The position numbers and the translations under genes were made by a program. Under the pieces are notes generated by a model. The model made no database searches and had not been told where the DNA came from. It saw only the letters and a list, made by a program, of their open reading frames with translations. Below are positions 1 through 10,775 of a DNA stretch of 64,000 bases, in pieces. Every line of letters starts with the position of its first letter. Position 1 is the stretch's first letter. This DNA is from Macrostomum hystrix (taxonomy: Eukaryota > Animalia > Platyhelminthes), in NCBI GenBank assembly GCA_950097015.1, contig CATNEN010000011.1:248001-312000 (forward strand), in the 5' to 3' direction.

Positions 1-329
1 AAAATTTTTTTTAATCCATAACCTGTCTCGTCAATTTATTTTCAATGTATGTAACTCAGATGGTGTTACACCTACAACACACACAAAAGCAGCGCGCAGG
101 TTAAATATCTACAAATTAACATATAATTGTATAAAATAATGGCTTTTAATGAATTATAAAAAAACTATTTTGAAATGTGAAGCCAAACAAAATTGGAAGA
201 GATATGTGCTAAACCAGCTTTGTAGATTTTATTGTTTGTCCTATTCCTCGTTTAAAAAGCCACTGCCAAAAGAGATGAAATTATTAAATAATAATGTGAC
301 TAAATGGAAAAACAGAGTAGTGATTTTAA

Positions 330-1346
330 TTAAAAATTGCTAAGTCGAATTTGAAAGTTTCCCCCAAAGTCAATACAATATTGACCAGTAATACTGCTAG
401 GCAGAACAAATTGAATGCAGATAGGTTGCAACTGTCCTTCAACAACAGGTGGAGCTTGATCAGCCACTGCTTGTGCCGGCGCCGCTGTTGGTGGTGGTGC
501 GACTGGAGCAGGGTCAGAGTCAGACTCTAACTCACGGAGAATGTCAGTTAGGGCGTTGGTTTCTGCCAGCATCCTTGCTCGCTCGATATTTTTTCCTGCA
601 ACTGCGGGAATGGCTCGGCGCTGTTGATGCTGCTCCTGCTCCTCCTCCGGCAGCTGCTGCTGATGCTGCTCCAGTCCAGTCTGCTGCTGGTGCTGGTGCT
701 GCTGATGATGATGATGAGGCACTGAATCCTCCCGCTGCAGCAGCTGTTGGAGTGCCTGATGTTGGGGTCGATCCTGTTGATTAAATCGGCCCTCTAAATC
801 AAGCTCATCGATAAATGCGGTGTCCAGCTCAGTGATTTCATCATCGATCGCATTTACGATTTCGATGTCGTTAGCTTGTCTGCCGACCAGAAGATTTTCT
901 GTAGCATCGGGCAGCAAAGCCGGCACGGCAGCGAGGATGGGAGCAACACCAGCAACAGGATGATCGTTTGAAGATGATCTGCCACAGACGTTGGAGATGA
1001 TCTGACTAAGAGCGCTCTCAGGCTGGCGAATACGCTCAAGCGCTTGAAATGCCTCTTGCTGGCGTGCGGATTCCAATGCAGTTTGCCTGGCTCGCTCGAG
1101 GTCTTCAGCAGAGCCCCAGTTGACAACAGCATGATTTTTGTGTCGTCGAATTTGTCCGCGGACGGTAAAAAGCTCAGCTGAATCGCATTCATGGCAAACG
1201 AGCCAGCGACTGACACTACAGCCTTCGCGCGTAACATGATGTCTCAATTTTCCGAGTGAGCAAATATTGCAATTGATGCACACCTCATGTATGTATGAAG
1301 GGCAGTGGTACTTGCTCATGTTTAAATAATTTCCCAATAACAACAT
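330..1346 (-). CDS. Uncharacterised 338-aa ORF with an N-terminal Cys/His cluster and a Gln/His-rich low-complexity region
   Basis: Long GC-rich open frame in AT-rich flanks. N-terminal CINCNIC...CHEC...HKNH pattern and a central QQQH/QQQLPEEE tract. No family recognised; a possible acceptor (ttttcaatag) lies just upstream, so it may be a last exon. Confidence 0.55.
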   Translation of the reverse strand: MLLLGNYLNMSKYHCPSYIHEVCINCNICSLGKLRHHVTREGCSVSRWLVCHECDSAELFTVRGQIRRHKNHAVVNWGSAEDLERARQTALESARQQEAFQALERIRQPESALSQIISNVCGRSSSNDHPVAGVAPILAAVPALLPDATENLLVGRQANDIEIVNAIDDEITELDTAFIDELDLEGRFNQQDRPQHQALQQLLQREDSVPHHHHQQHQHQQQTGLEQHQQQLPEEEQEQHQQRRAIPAVAGKNIERARMLAETNALTDILRELESDSDPAPVAPPPTAAPAQAVADQAPPVVEGQLQPICIQFVLPSSITGQYCIDFGGNFQIRLSNF

Positions 1347-1614
1347 TACTATTGAAAATCCGAGTCTTTATATCCAACCCCTCCCCACTCCCGCATATGT
1401 TTACAGCTTGTGTATGTACATACACTAATTCAAAGTAGATAACATCAGAGAAAATTGCCGACTGCTACAAGCATCCCAGCTTTATCCCTTGAATGTTGTT
1501 GTTGTGCAGGAAACTTTGGACATAATTTATTATCTCTCCTATGCTCTATAGTTCGTTCACCACAAAGCAACAACTCCTGGGCCCCGTGCGCGATCACCAC
1601 TTCACACCTTTAGC

Positions 1615-1790
1615 CGCTCAAGTTCAAGCGCACCGGCACTCAACAAATGACTAAATAGTAGTAAACTTATTTGTTATTGATTATTGAGAATTCCCTTAAT
1701 TCTGAATTCGCTCAAGTTCAAGTGCACCGGCACTCAGCAAATGACTAATAAGAGTAAACTTATTTGTTATTGATTATTTGAGAAATTCCC
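1615..1790. repeat. Tandem duplication with a period of about 94 bp
   Basis: cgctcaagttcaagYgcaccggcactcaRcaaatgacta...gagaattccc occurs at 1615 and again at 1709. Confidence 0.8.
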
Positions 1791-2221
1791 ACTGAAATTT
1801 CTAATAAATGCCAAACTTTTTAACTTCATTAAACTAAATTAGCTTTCCCTGCGGCAGAATCCACCAATGCATTTACATAGGCCACTATGTTCACTCACTA
1901 ACCCCAAGGTTACTCCAGCCCTAGAAACGCACGATATGAAATTTCAGGTCTCCATGCATTTAAAATATTTGTGCGGAACGTAATGCAGTGAACAGTGAAC
2001 AGTGAATATACTTGTGGCATGCTTTGTAAAAGAGGGTCAGTAATGTACACTACCCTTGTTTCTATTTTTAGCAAATCCGCCTGGGCCTCCCCGGAACTGC
2101 CACGGCTTTCCCTGCGGCAGAATCCACCAATGCATTTACATGGGCGCCTATGTTTACACACTGAGCCCCGTGGCTTTTCCACGGAAATTCCTGCGGCAGA
2201 GTGCACATAACCCCTACTACT

Positions 2222-2777
2222 CAGGTCCGTGGGGATAATTGGAATCCGGGGAACGAACACAGACTCTCCTCTGCCAGATCCAGTCATTATCGTGGCCTCA
2301 ATCACGTGTGGGAAGAGCCGCCTGACTATCAGTCTGGTGCCGTTACACAGCCTTGGCGCATTCAGGTTGCGGAGGAGCATAATTGGTGCCCCAACTTTCA
2401 GCTGCAAGTTGTGCGATGGAGTTCCAGGAGGATCTAGAGAGTTCAGAAACTCAACAGGATACTCCACAGCGGTGTCATCAGTCAACGTTGTATCAATTGA
2501 CTTGTAGGTGAAAACTGCACCTGGCAACTCCTGAAGCAGTTGGTAGTTAATTTCGTTGGCGGCATCATTTCTAGGACACAGAATTGCCCTCTCTGACAGC
2601 CAGTCAACGTCAGCATATCGAACCATCAGGTTCGGGTAAACTTTCGCCTTGAGCTCCTGCACTGACTGCACAATGGTTCCGATTGTAGCGATCGATGACT
2701 GCCCATCCTCGGTGCTAATCTCCAGCAGACCATTGCCGATTCGCAATTCGCAATTCGCAATTCATGAGTTATATAGA
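2222..2777 (-). mobile_element. Truncated Helitron (family A): 8-bp 5' end TCTATATA fused to a PIF1-helicase fragment
   Basis: Minus strand reads CTAG|TCTATATA, then (attgcga)x3, then RIGNGLLEIS...LLRNLNAPRLCNGTRL...IPIIPTDL, nearly identical to 3713-4232. Confidence 0.85.
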
Positions 2778-2847
2778 CTAGCTTTTTTTGCCCGTTGTTT
2801 TTGGGGCAGAAATTTAAAGCAAAGCAGTAAGCAATTCACGTCTCTGT
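2778..2847 (-). mobile_element. Solo 70-bp Helitron A 3' terminus
   Basis: Reverse complement of tacagagacgtg...gccccaaaaacaacgggcaaaaaaagctag, the same as 5057-5126. Confidence 0.85.
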
Positions 2848-3498
2848 AATCTATATATATAAAAGTGAAAACTCTGTCTGTCTGTGTGTGTGTGTGTGTG
2901 TGTGCAACCTTTTGTCTTTATAGACGCCGAAACCGCTCAACCAAATCGCACCAAACTTTGCACATACCTAAAACCACCTACGCTGAGTGCAATAGGCTAC
3001 TCAAATTCCCGAAAAATCATTTCCTTCCTGCTCAAAAGTGCAAAAAAACTGCTCAAAAATTGTCAAAAAATCACTCAATTCGACATATCGTCGCCCCACT
3101 TTATCAGATTTTCTCCAAATTTGATCCACTTACACTTTACATGTTTTCCAACAATGCTGTCAATTTTGAACATCTCTACTCAATCCAGAGCAAAGCTGCA
3201 TCATCTCAAAGTGAGTCACTTTTTGTTTTCCGAGGACAGCCACCCCAACTCCCCTCCGCCACTCTGCGGGCCAAATTTTATTACAGCCACCCCCTCCCTT
3301 CCCCGGGCGCCGAAGCCCCAGACTGTACATTGTATTTCAAGCCGTGAATGTACACAGCCCAAACCCCTAGACTGTCTACTGGCCCCCAAGCAGCACTGAG
3401 ACTGAGTGCGGTGAGTGCGGTGGCGTCCCAGTGCGCAGGGCTCTCCGGTCGATATTTCTCTCCAGCCAGCCTGGGATAGAAGAAAGAGAGAGGCTGGC

Positions 3499-4464
3499 GA
3501 TCAACTGATGGGTGGTGTCACTCTGCTGCTGTCTGGAGACTTTAGACAGACGCTGCCTGTGATTCCGCGTGGCACTCCTGCTGATGAGATTAATGCTTGC
3601 CTAAAATCATCTCACCTGTGGCCATCGGTTGTGAAGTTGCACCTACGAACAAACATGAGAGCTACAATTCAAGGAGACGAAACAGCTCATGAGTTCTCTG
3701 CCAATCTATTGCGAATCGGCAATGGTCTGCTGGAGATTAGCACCGAGGATGGGCAGTCATCGATCGCTACAATCGGAAACATTGTGCAGTCAGTGCAGGA
3801 GCTCAAGGCAAAAGTTTACCCGAACCTGATGGTTCGATATGCTGACGTTGACTGGCTGTCAGAGAGGGCAATTCTGTGTCCTAGAAATGATGCCGCCAAC
3901 GAAATTAACTACCAACTGCTTCAGGAGTTGCCAGGTGCAGTTTTCACCTACAAGTCAATTGATACAACGTTGACTGATGACACCGCTGTGGAGTATCCTG
4001 TTGAGTTTCTGAACTCTCTAGATCCTCCTGGAACTCCATCGCACAACTTGCAGCTGAAAGTTGGGGCACCAATTATGCTCCTCCGCAACCTGAATGCGCC
4101 AAGGCTGTGTAACGGCACCAGACTGATAGTCAGGCGGCTCTTCCCACACGTGATTGAGGCCACGATAATGACTGGATCTGGCAGAGGAGAGTCTGTGTTC
4201 GTTCCCCGGATTCCAATTATCCCCACGGACCTGCCATTTCAGTTCAAGAGACTGCAGTTCCCTGTGAGAGTGTGCTTTGCGATGACTATTAACAAGGCTC
4301 AGGGACAGTCGCTGAAGGTGGCTGGCATCAACCTGGAGACTCCTTGCTTCTCGCATGGGCAGCTTTATGTCGCCTGCTCCCGTGTTGGAAATCCAGCTGG
4401 CCTATTCATTTTCGCACCAAGGGGAAGAACGAAGAATGTGGTGTATCCCCAGGCCTTGAGGTGA
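3499..4464 (+). pseudogene. Helitron RepHel, C-terminal PIF1-like helicase half
   Basis: Motifs GDFRQTLPV, ILCPRN, LLRNLN...LCNGTRL, QFPVRVCFAMTINKAQGQS, FSHGQLYVACSRV, TKNVVY. No Walker A/B in this copy. Confidence 0.92.
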
Positions 4465-4616
4465 CTCGCAAGCAATTAATAGAAAAGTAGTCACGAATTG
4501 ACCTTGACCTGTCTAACTCTGAACTCTGAAACAGTTTAATTTTGTTTCTTTGACATTGTTATTGTTATGCCATGGCTATTTTCCTTATGTATACGCGTGT
4601 ACATGCATACTGTATA

Positions 4617-4889
4617 CAGAGGCAGATTTAGGGGGGGGCGGGGGGGCAGTTGCCCCCCTAAATTTTAATCATGGGAATAAGATGCCCCCACCAGGGGCGC
4701 CAGTCGCAGCACTGGCGCCCCTTTTCGGCTGCTGGCGCCCCTTTTTCAGCCGCTGGCTCCCGTTTTTCAGCCGCTGGCGCCCTTTCTTGGCTCCTGGCGC
4801 CCTTTTTCGGCCGCTGGCACCCCCTCTGTGATTCTCATGGCGCTCCCCTGACAGACCGCCCCAAAACAAAATTCCTGGATCTGCCACTG
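4617..4889. mobile_element. hAT-type MITE (MITE2) nested in the Helitron 3' region
   Basis: Imperfect TIRs CAGAGGCAGATT / GATCTGCCACTG; perfect 8-bp TSD ACTGTATA at 4609-4616 and 4890-4897. Confidence 0.88.
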
Positions 4890-5646
4890 ACTGTATAGAG
4901 GAGTGGCTAAGAGACATGTTTCTAAAGAAGTAATCAAGAGGGGGCTGTTTGGACAAACTTTTCACTTATTTTTTACTTAAAACGCCCTCAAACAAACTCT
5001 TCACTTTTCATTAATGCAGTAAATAAATAAATGGTGACCTTCACTATAAAGTTAGTACAGAGACGTGAATTGCTTACTGCTTTGCTTTAAATTTCTGCCC
5101 CAAAAACAACGGGCAAAAAAAGCTAGTCTATATATATAAAAGTGAAAACTCTGTCTGTCTGTGTGTGTGTGTGTGTGTGCAACCTTTTGTCTTTATAGAC
5201 GCCGAAACCGCTCAACCAAATCGCACCAAACTTTGCACATACCTAAAACCACCTACGCTGAGTGCAATAGGCTACTCAAATTCCCGAAAAATCATTTCCT
5301 TCCTGCTCAAAAGTGCAAAAAACTGCTCAAAAATCGTCAAAAAATCACTCAATTCGACATATCGTCGCCCCACTTTATCAGATTTTCTCCAAATTTGATC
5401 CACTTACACTTTACATGTTTTCCAACAATGCTGTCAATTTTGAACATCTCTACTCAATCCAGAGCAAAGCTGCATCATCTCAAAGTGAGTCACTTTTTGT
5501 TTTCCGAGGACAGCCACCCCAACTCCCCTCCGCCACTCTGCGGGCCAAATTTTATTACAGCCACCCCCTCCCTTCCCCGGGCGCCGAAGCCCCAGACTGT
5601 ACATTGTATTTCAAGCCGTGAATGTACACAGCCCAAACCCCTAGAC

Positions 5647-6400
5647 CAGGGGTCGGCAAACTCCGGCCCGCGGGCCAGATGCGGCCCTCGAAGCTCCCAA
5701 ATCCGGCCCGTTGCCCCTTCTGACATCTACAGTGTCCTGTTTCATCTTTCTCGGTCTAATCCCTCCCGTGTCTCATCTCTCCAGTGTCTTATTTCTCCAC
5801 TGTCTTATCTTACCCGTGTCTCATCTCTCCAGTGTCTCATCTCTCCAGTGTCTCATCTCTCCCGTGTCTCATCTCTCCAGTGTCTCATCTCTCCCGTGTC
5901 TCATCTCTCCCGTGTCCCATCTCTTCCGTGTCTCATCTCTCCCGTGTCTCATCTCTCCCGTGTCTCATCTCTCCACTGTCTTATCTTACCCGTGTCTCAT
6001 CTCTCCAGTGTCTCATCTCTTCCGTGTCTCATCTCTCCCGTGTCTCATCTCTTCCGTGTCTCATCTCTTCTGTGTCTCATCTCTCCCGTGTCTCATCTCT
6101 TCTGTGTCTCATCTCTCCCGTGTCTAATCTCTTCCGTGTCTCATCTCTCCCGTGTCTCATCTCTCCCGTGTCTCATCTCTTCTGTGTCTCATCTCTCCCG
6201 TGTCTAATCTCTCCTGTGTCTCATCTCTCCCGTGTCTAATCTCTCCCCTGTCTCATCTCTCCCGTGTCTAATCTCTCGCGTGTCTAATCTCTCCCGTGTC
6301 TTATCTCTCCCCTATCTCATATTTATACAGTCAATGCGGCCCGCTGTCGTCTTTTAGGTTCTCTCTTTGGCCCGCCAGCAAATAAGTTTGCCTACCCCTG
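5647..6400. mobile_element. hAT-type MITE (MITE1) containing a minisatellite of about 17 bp
   Basis: TIRs CAGGGGTCGGCAAACT / AGTTTGCCTACCCCTG; 8-bp TSD CCCTAGAC / CCCTTGAC. Empty site visible in copies 1 and 3. Internal (ccgtgtctcatctctc[c])n at about 5765-6315. Confidence 0.9.
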
Positions 6401-7017
6401 CCCTTGACTGTCTACTGGCCCCCAAGCAGCACTGAGACTGAGTGCGTGCGTGTGAAAACTCTGTCTGTGTGTGTGTGTGTGCAACCTTTTGTCTTTATAG
6501 ACGCCGAAACCGCTCAACCAAATCGCACCAAACTTTGCACATACCTAAAACCACCTACGCTGAGTGCAATAGGCTACTCAAATTCCCGAAAAATCATTTC
6601 CTTCCTGCTCAAAAGTGCAAAAAACTGCTCAAAAGTCGTCAAAAAATCACTCAATTCGACATATCGTCGCCCCACTTTATCAGATTTTCTCCAAATTTGA
6701 TCCACTTACACTTTACATGTTTTCCAACAATGCTGTCAATTTTGAACATCTCTACTCAATCCAGAGCAAAGCTGCATCATCTCAAAGTGAGTCACTTTTT
6801 GTTTTCCGAGGACAGCCACCCCAACTCCCCTCCGCCACTCTGCGGGCCAAATTTTATTACAGCCACCCCCTCCCTTCCCCGGGCGCCGAAGCCCCAGACT
6901 GTACATTGTATTTCAAGCCGTGAATATACACAGCCCAAACCCCTAGACTGTCTACTGGGCTCTCCGGTCGATATTTCTCTCCAGCCAGCCTGGGATAGAA
7001 GAAAGAGAGAGGCTGGC

Positions 7018-7635
7018 GTTGACTGGCTGTCAGAGAGGGCAATTCTGTGTCCTAGAAATGATGCCGCCAACGAAATTAACTACCAACTGCTTCAGGAGTT
7101 GCCAGGTGCAGTTTTCACCTACAAGTCAATTGATACAACGTTGACTGATGACACCGCTGTGGAGTATCCTGTTGAGTTTCTGAACTCTCTAGATCCTCCT
7201 GGAACTCCATCGCACAACTTGCAGCTGAAAGTTGGGGCACCAATTATGCTCCTCCGCAACCTGAATGCGCCAAGGCTGTGTAACGGCACCAGACTGATAG
7301 TCAGGCGGCTCTTCCCACACGTGATTGAGGCCACGATAATGACTGGATCTGGCAGAGGAGAGTCTGTGTTCGTTCCCCGGATTCCAATTATCCCCACGGA
7401 CCTGCCATTTCAGTTCAAGCGACTGCAGTTCCCTGTGAGAGTGTGCTTTGCGATGACTATTAACAAGGCTCAGGGACAGTCGCTGAAGGTGGCTGGCATC
7501 AACCTGGAGACTCCTTGCTTCTCGCATGGGCAGCTTTATGTCGCCTGCTCCCGTGTTGGAACTCCAGCTGGCCTATTCATTTTCGCACCAAGGGGAAGAA
7601 CGAAGAATGTGGTGTATCCCCAGGCCTTGAGGTGA
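7018..7635 (+). pseudogene. Helitron helicase C-terminal fragment (copy 2)
   Basis: VDWLSER...TKNVVYPQALR, nearly identical to 3847-4464. Confidence 0.9.
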
Positions 7636-7787
7636 CTCGCAAGCAATTAATAGAAAAGTAGTCACGAATTGACCTTGACCTGTCTAACTCTGAACTCTGA
7701 AACAGTTTAATTTTGTTTCTTTGACATTGTTATTGTTATGCCATAGCTATTTTCCTTATGTATACGCGTGTACATGCATACTGTATA

Positions 7788-8163
7788 CAGAGGCAGATTT
7801 AGGGGGGGGGGCGGGGGGCAGTCGCCCCCCCCCAAAATTTTAATCATGGGAATAAGATGCCCCCACCAGAAATTTTCGGTCGCTGGCGCCCCTTTTCGGT
7901 CGCTGGCGCCCCTTTTTCAGCCGCTGGCTCCCGTTTTTCAGCCGCTGGCGCCCTTTCTTGGCTCCTGGCGCCCTTTTTCGGCCGCTGGCGCCCCTTTTTC
8001 AGCCGCTGGCTCCCCTTTTTCAGCCGCTGGCTCCCGTTTTTCAGCCGCTGGCGCCCTTTCTTGGCTCCTGGCGCCCTTTTTCGGCCGCTGGCACCCCCTC
8101 TGTGATTCTCATGGCGCTCCCCTGACAGACCGCCCCAAAACAAAATTCCTGGATCTGCCACTG
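7788..8163. mobile_element. Second copy of MITE2 with expanded internal GCCGCTGGCGCCC-type repeats
   Basis: Same TIRs and the same ACTGTATA TSD (7780-7787, 8164-8171) at the equivalent Helitron position. Confidence 0.88.
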
Positions 8164-8400
8164 ACTGTATAGAGGAGTGGCTAAGAGACATGTTTCTAAA
8201 GAAGTAATCAAGAGGGGGCTGTTTGGACAAACTTTTCACTTATTTTTTACTTAAAACGCCCTTAAACAAACTCTTCACTTTTCATTAATGCAGTAAATAA
8301 ATAAATGGTGACCTTCACTATAAAGTTATTACAGAGACGTGAATTGCTTACTGCTTTGCTTTAAATTTCTGCCCCAAAAACAACGGGCAAAAAAAGCTAG

Positions 8401-9588
8401 TTGACTGTATAAATATGAGATAGGGGAGAGATAAGACACGGGAGAGATTAGACACGCGAGAGATTAGACACGGGAGAGATGAGACAGGGGAGAGATTAGA
8501 CACGGGAGAGATGAGACACAGGAGAGATTAGACACGGGAGAGATGAGACACAGAAGAGATGAGACACGGGAGAGATGAGACACGGGAGAGATGAGACACG
8601 GAAGAGATTAGACACGGGAGAGATGAGACACAGAAGAGATGAGACACGGGAGAGATGAGACACAGAAGAGATGAGACACGGAAGAGATGAGACACGGGAG
8701 AGATGAGACACTGGAGAGATGAGACACTGGAGAGATGAGACACGGGTAAGATAAGACAGTGGAGAGATGAGACACGGGAGAGATGAGACACGGAAGAGAT
8801 GGGACACGGGAGAGATGAGACACGGGAGAGATGAGACACTGGAGAGATGAGACACGGGAGAGATGAGACACTGGAGAGATGAGACACTGGAGAGATGAGA
8901 CACGGGTAAGATAAGACAGTGGAGAGATAAGACACTGGAGAGATGAGACACGGGAGGGATTAGACCGAGAAAGATGAAACAGGACACTGTAGATGTCAGA
9001 AGGGGCAACGGGCCGGATTTGGGAGCTTCGAGGGCCGCATCTGGCCCGCGGGCCGGAGTTTGCCGACCCCTGGTCTAGGGGTTTGGGCTGTGTACATTCA
9101 CGGCTTGAAATACAATGTACAGTCTGGGGTTCCGGCGCCCGGGGAAGGGAGGGGGTGGCTGTAATAAAATTTGGCCCGCAGAGTGGCGGAGGGGAGTTGG
9201 GGTGGCTGTCCTCGGAAAACAAAAAGTGACTCACTTTGAGATGATGCAGCTTTGCTCTGGATTGAGTAGAGATGTTCAAAATTGACAGCATTGTTGGAAA
9301 ACATGTAAAGTGTAAGTGGATCAAATTTGGAGAAAATCTAACAAAGTGGGGCGACGATATGTCGAATTGAGTGATTTTTTGACGATTTTTGAGCAGTTTT
9401 TTGCACTTTTGAGCAGGAAGGAAATGATTTTTCGGGAATTTGAGTAGCCTATTGCACTCAGCGTAGGTGGTTTTAGGTATGTGCAAAGTTTGGTGCGATT
9501 TGGTTGAGCGGTTTCGGCGTCTATAAAGACAAAAGGTTGCACACACACACACACACAGACAGACAGAGTTTTCACTTTTATATATATA
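8401..9588 (-). mobile_element. Inverted partial copy of the Helitron A 5' leader plus the left part of MITE1
   Basis: Reverse complement of about 5129-6334, including the TIR at 9057-9072 and the TSD gtctaggg; a few substitutions; terminal TC missing. Confidence 0.88.
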
Positions 9589-9624
9589 CGAGCTAAACTC
9601 CTCCTCCGGAGGAGGTTGAGGGGA

Positions 9625-10775
9625 GAGAACTCCCATCGCCTGATCTCCAATCGCCTGATCTTCCCCCGCCTGATCTCCCACCGTCTCATCTCCCATCGCC
9701 TCATCTCCCACCGTCTCATCTCCCATCGCCAGATCTCCCATCGGCTGATCTCCCATCGGCTGATCTCCCAACGCCTCATCTCCAATCGCCTGATCTCCCA
9801 TCGCCTAATCTCCCATCGCCTCATCTCCCATCGACTAATCTCCCATCGCCTCATCTCCCATCGCTTCATCTCCCATCGCCTCATCTCCCATCACCTCATC
9901 TTCCATCGCCTCATCTCCCATCGCCTCATCTCCCATCGCCTGATCTCCCATAGGCTCATCTCCCGTCGCCTGATCTCCCATCGCCTGATCTCCCATCGCC
10001 TCATCTCCCATCGCCTGATCTCCCATCGCCTCATCTCCTATCGCCTGATCTCCCATCGCCTCATCTCCCATCGCCTCATCTCCCATCGCCTCATCTCCTA
10101 TCGCCTGATCTCCCATCGCCTCATCATCCGTCGCCTGATCTCCCATCGCCTCATCTCCCATCGCCTCATCTCCTATCTCCTGTTCTCCCATCGCCTAATC
10201 TCCCATCGCCTAATCTCCCATCGCCTCATCTCCCATCGCCTCATCTCCCATCGCCTCATCTCCTATCGCCTGATCTCCCATCGCCTCATCTCCCATCGCC
10301 GCATCTCCTATCTCCTGTTCTCCCATCGCCTAATCTCCCATCACCTCATCTCCCATCGCCTAATCTCCCATTGCCTCATCTCCCGTCGCCACATCTCCCA
10401 TCGCCTGATCTCCCATCGCCTCATCTCCTATCGCCTGATCTCCCATCGCCTCATCTCCCATCGCCTCATCTCCCATCGCCTCATCTCCTATCGCCTGATC
10501 TCCCATCGCCTCATCATCCGTCGCCTGATCTCCCATCGCCTCATCTCCCATCGCCTCATCTCCTATCTCCTGTTCTCTCATCGCCTAATCTCCCATCGCC
10601 TCATCTCCCATCGCCTGATCTCCCATCGCCTCATCTCCCATCGCCTCATCTCCTATCGCCTGATCTCCCATCGCCTAATCTCCCATCGCCTCATCTCCCA
10701 TCGTCTGATCTCCCATCGCCTAATCTCCCATCGCCTGATCTCCCATTGCCTGATCTCCCATCGCCTCATCACCCA
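9625..10775. repeat. 15-bp satellite (atctcccatcgcctS)n, array 1
   Basis: Dozens of 15-bp units; source of the spurious ISHRL ORF. Confidence 0.95.

Larger units (their letters stand above)
2850..5126 (+). mobile_element. Helitron family A, internally deleted copy 1
   Basis: 5' A|TCTATATATATAAAAG followed by a (CTGT/GT)n microsatellite. 3' gccc..gggc hairpin followed by CTAG at 5123-5126. Carries the helicase C-terminal half. Confidence 0.92.
5127..8400 (+). mobile_element. Helitron family A copy 2, head-to-tail with copy 1
   Basis: Starts with TC immediately after the CTAG of copy 1 and ends with CTAG|T at 8397-8400. The 5' leader is duplicated internally (about 6450-6955). Confidence 0.9.

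Noticed and set aside
5161-9801. ORFs with CLISPVSHLSRV repeats and MCVCVC starts
   Set aside because: Read-through of the Helitron leader microsatellite and the MITE1 minisatellite; frames differ between copies.
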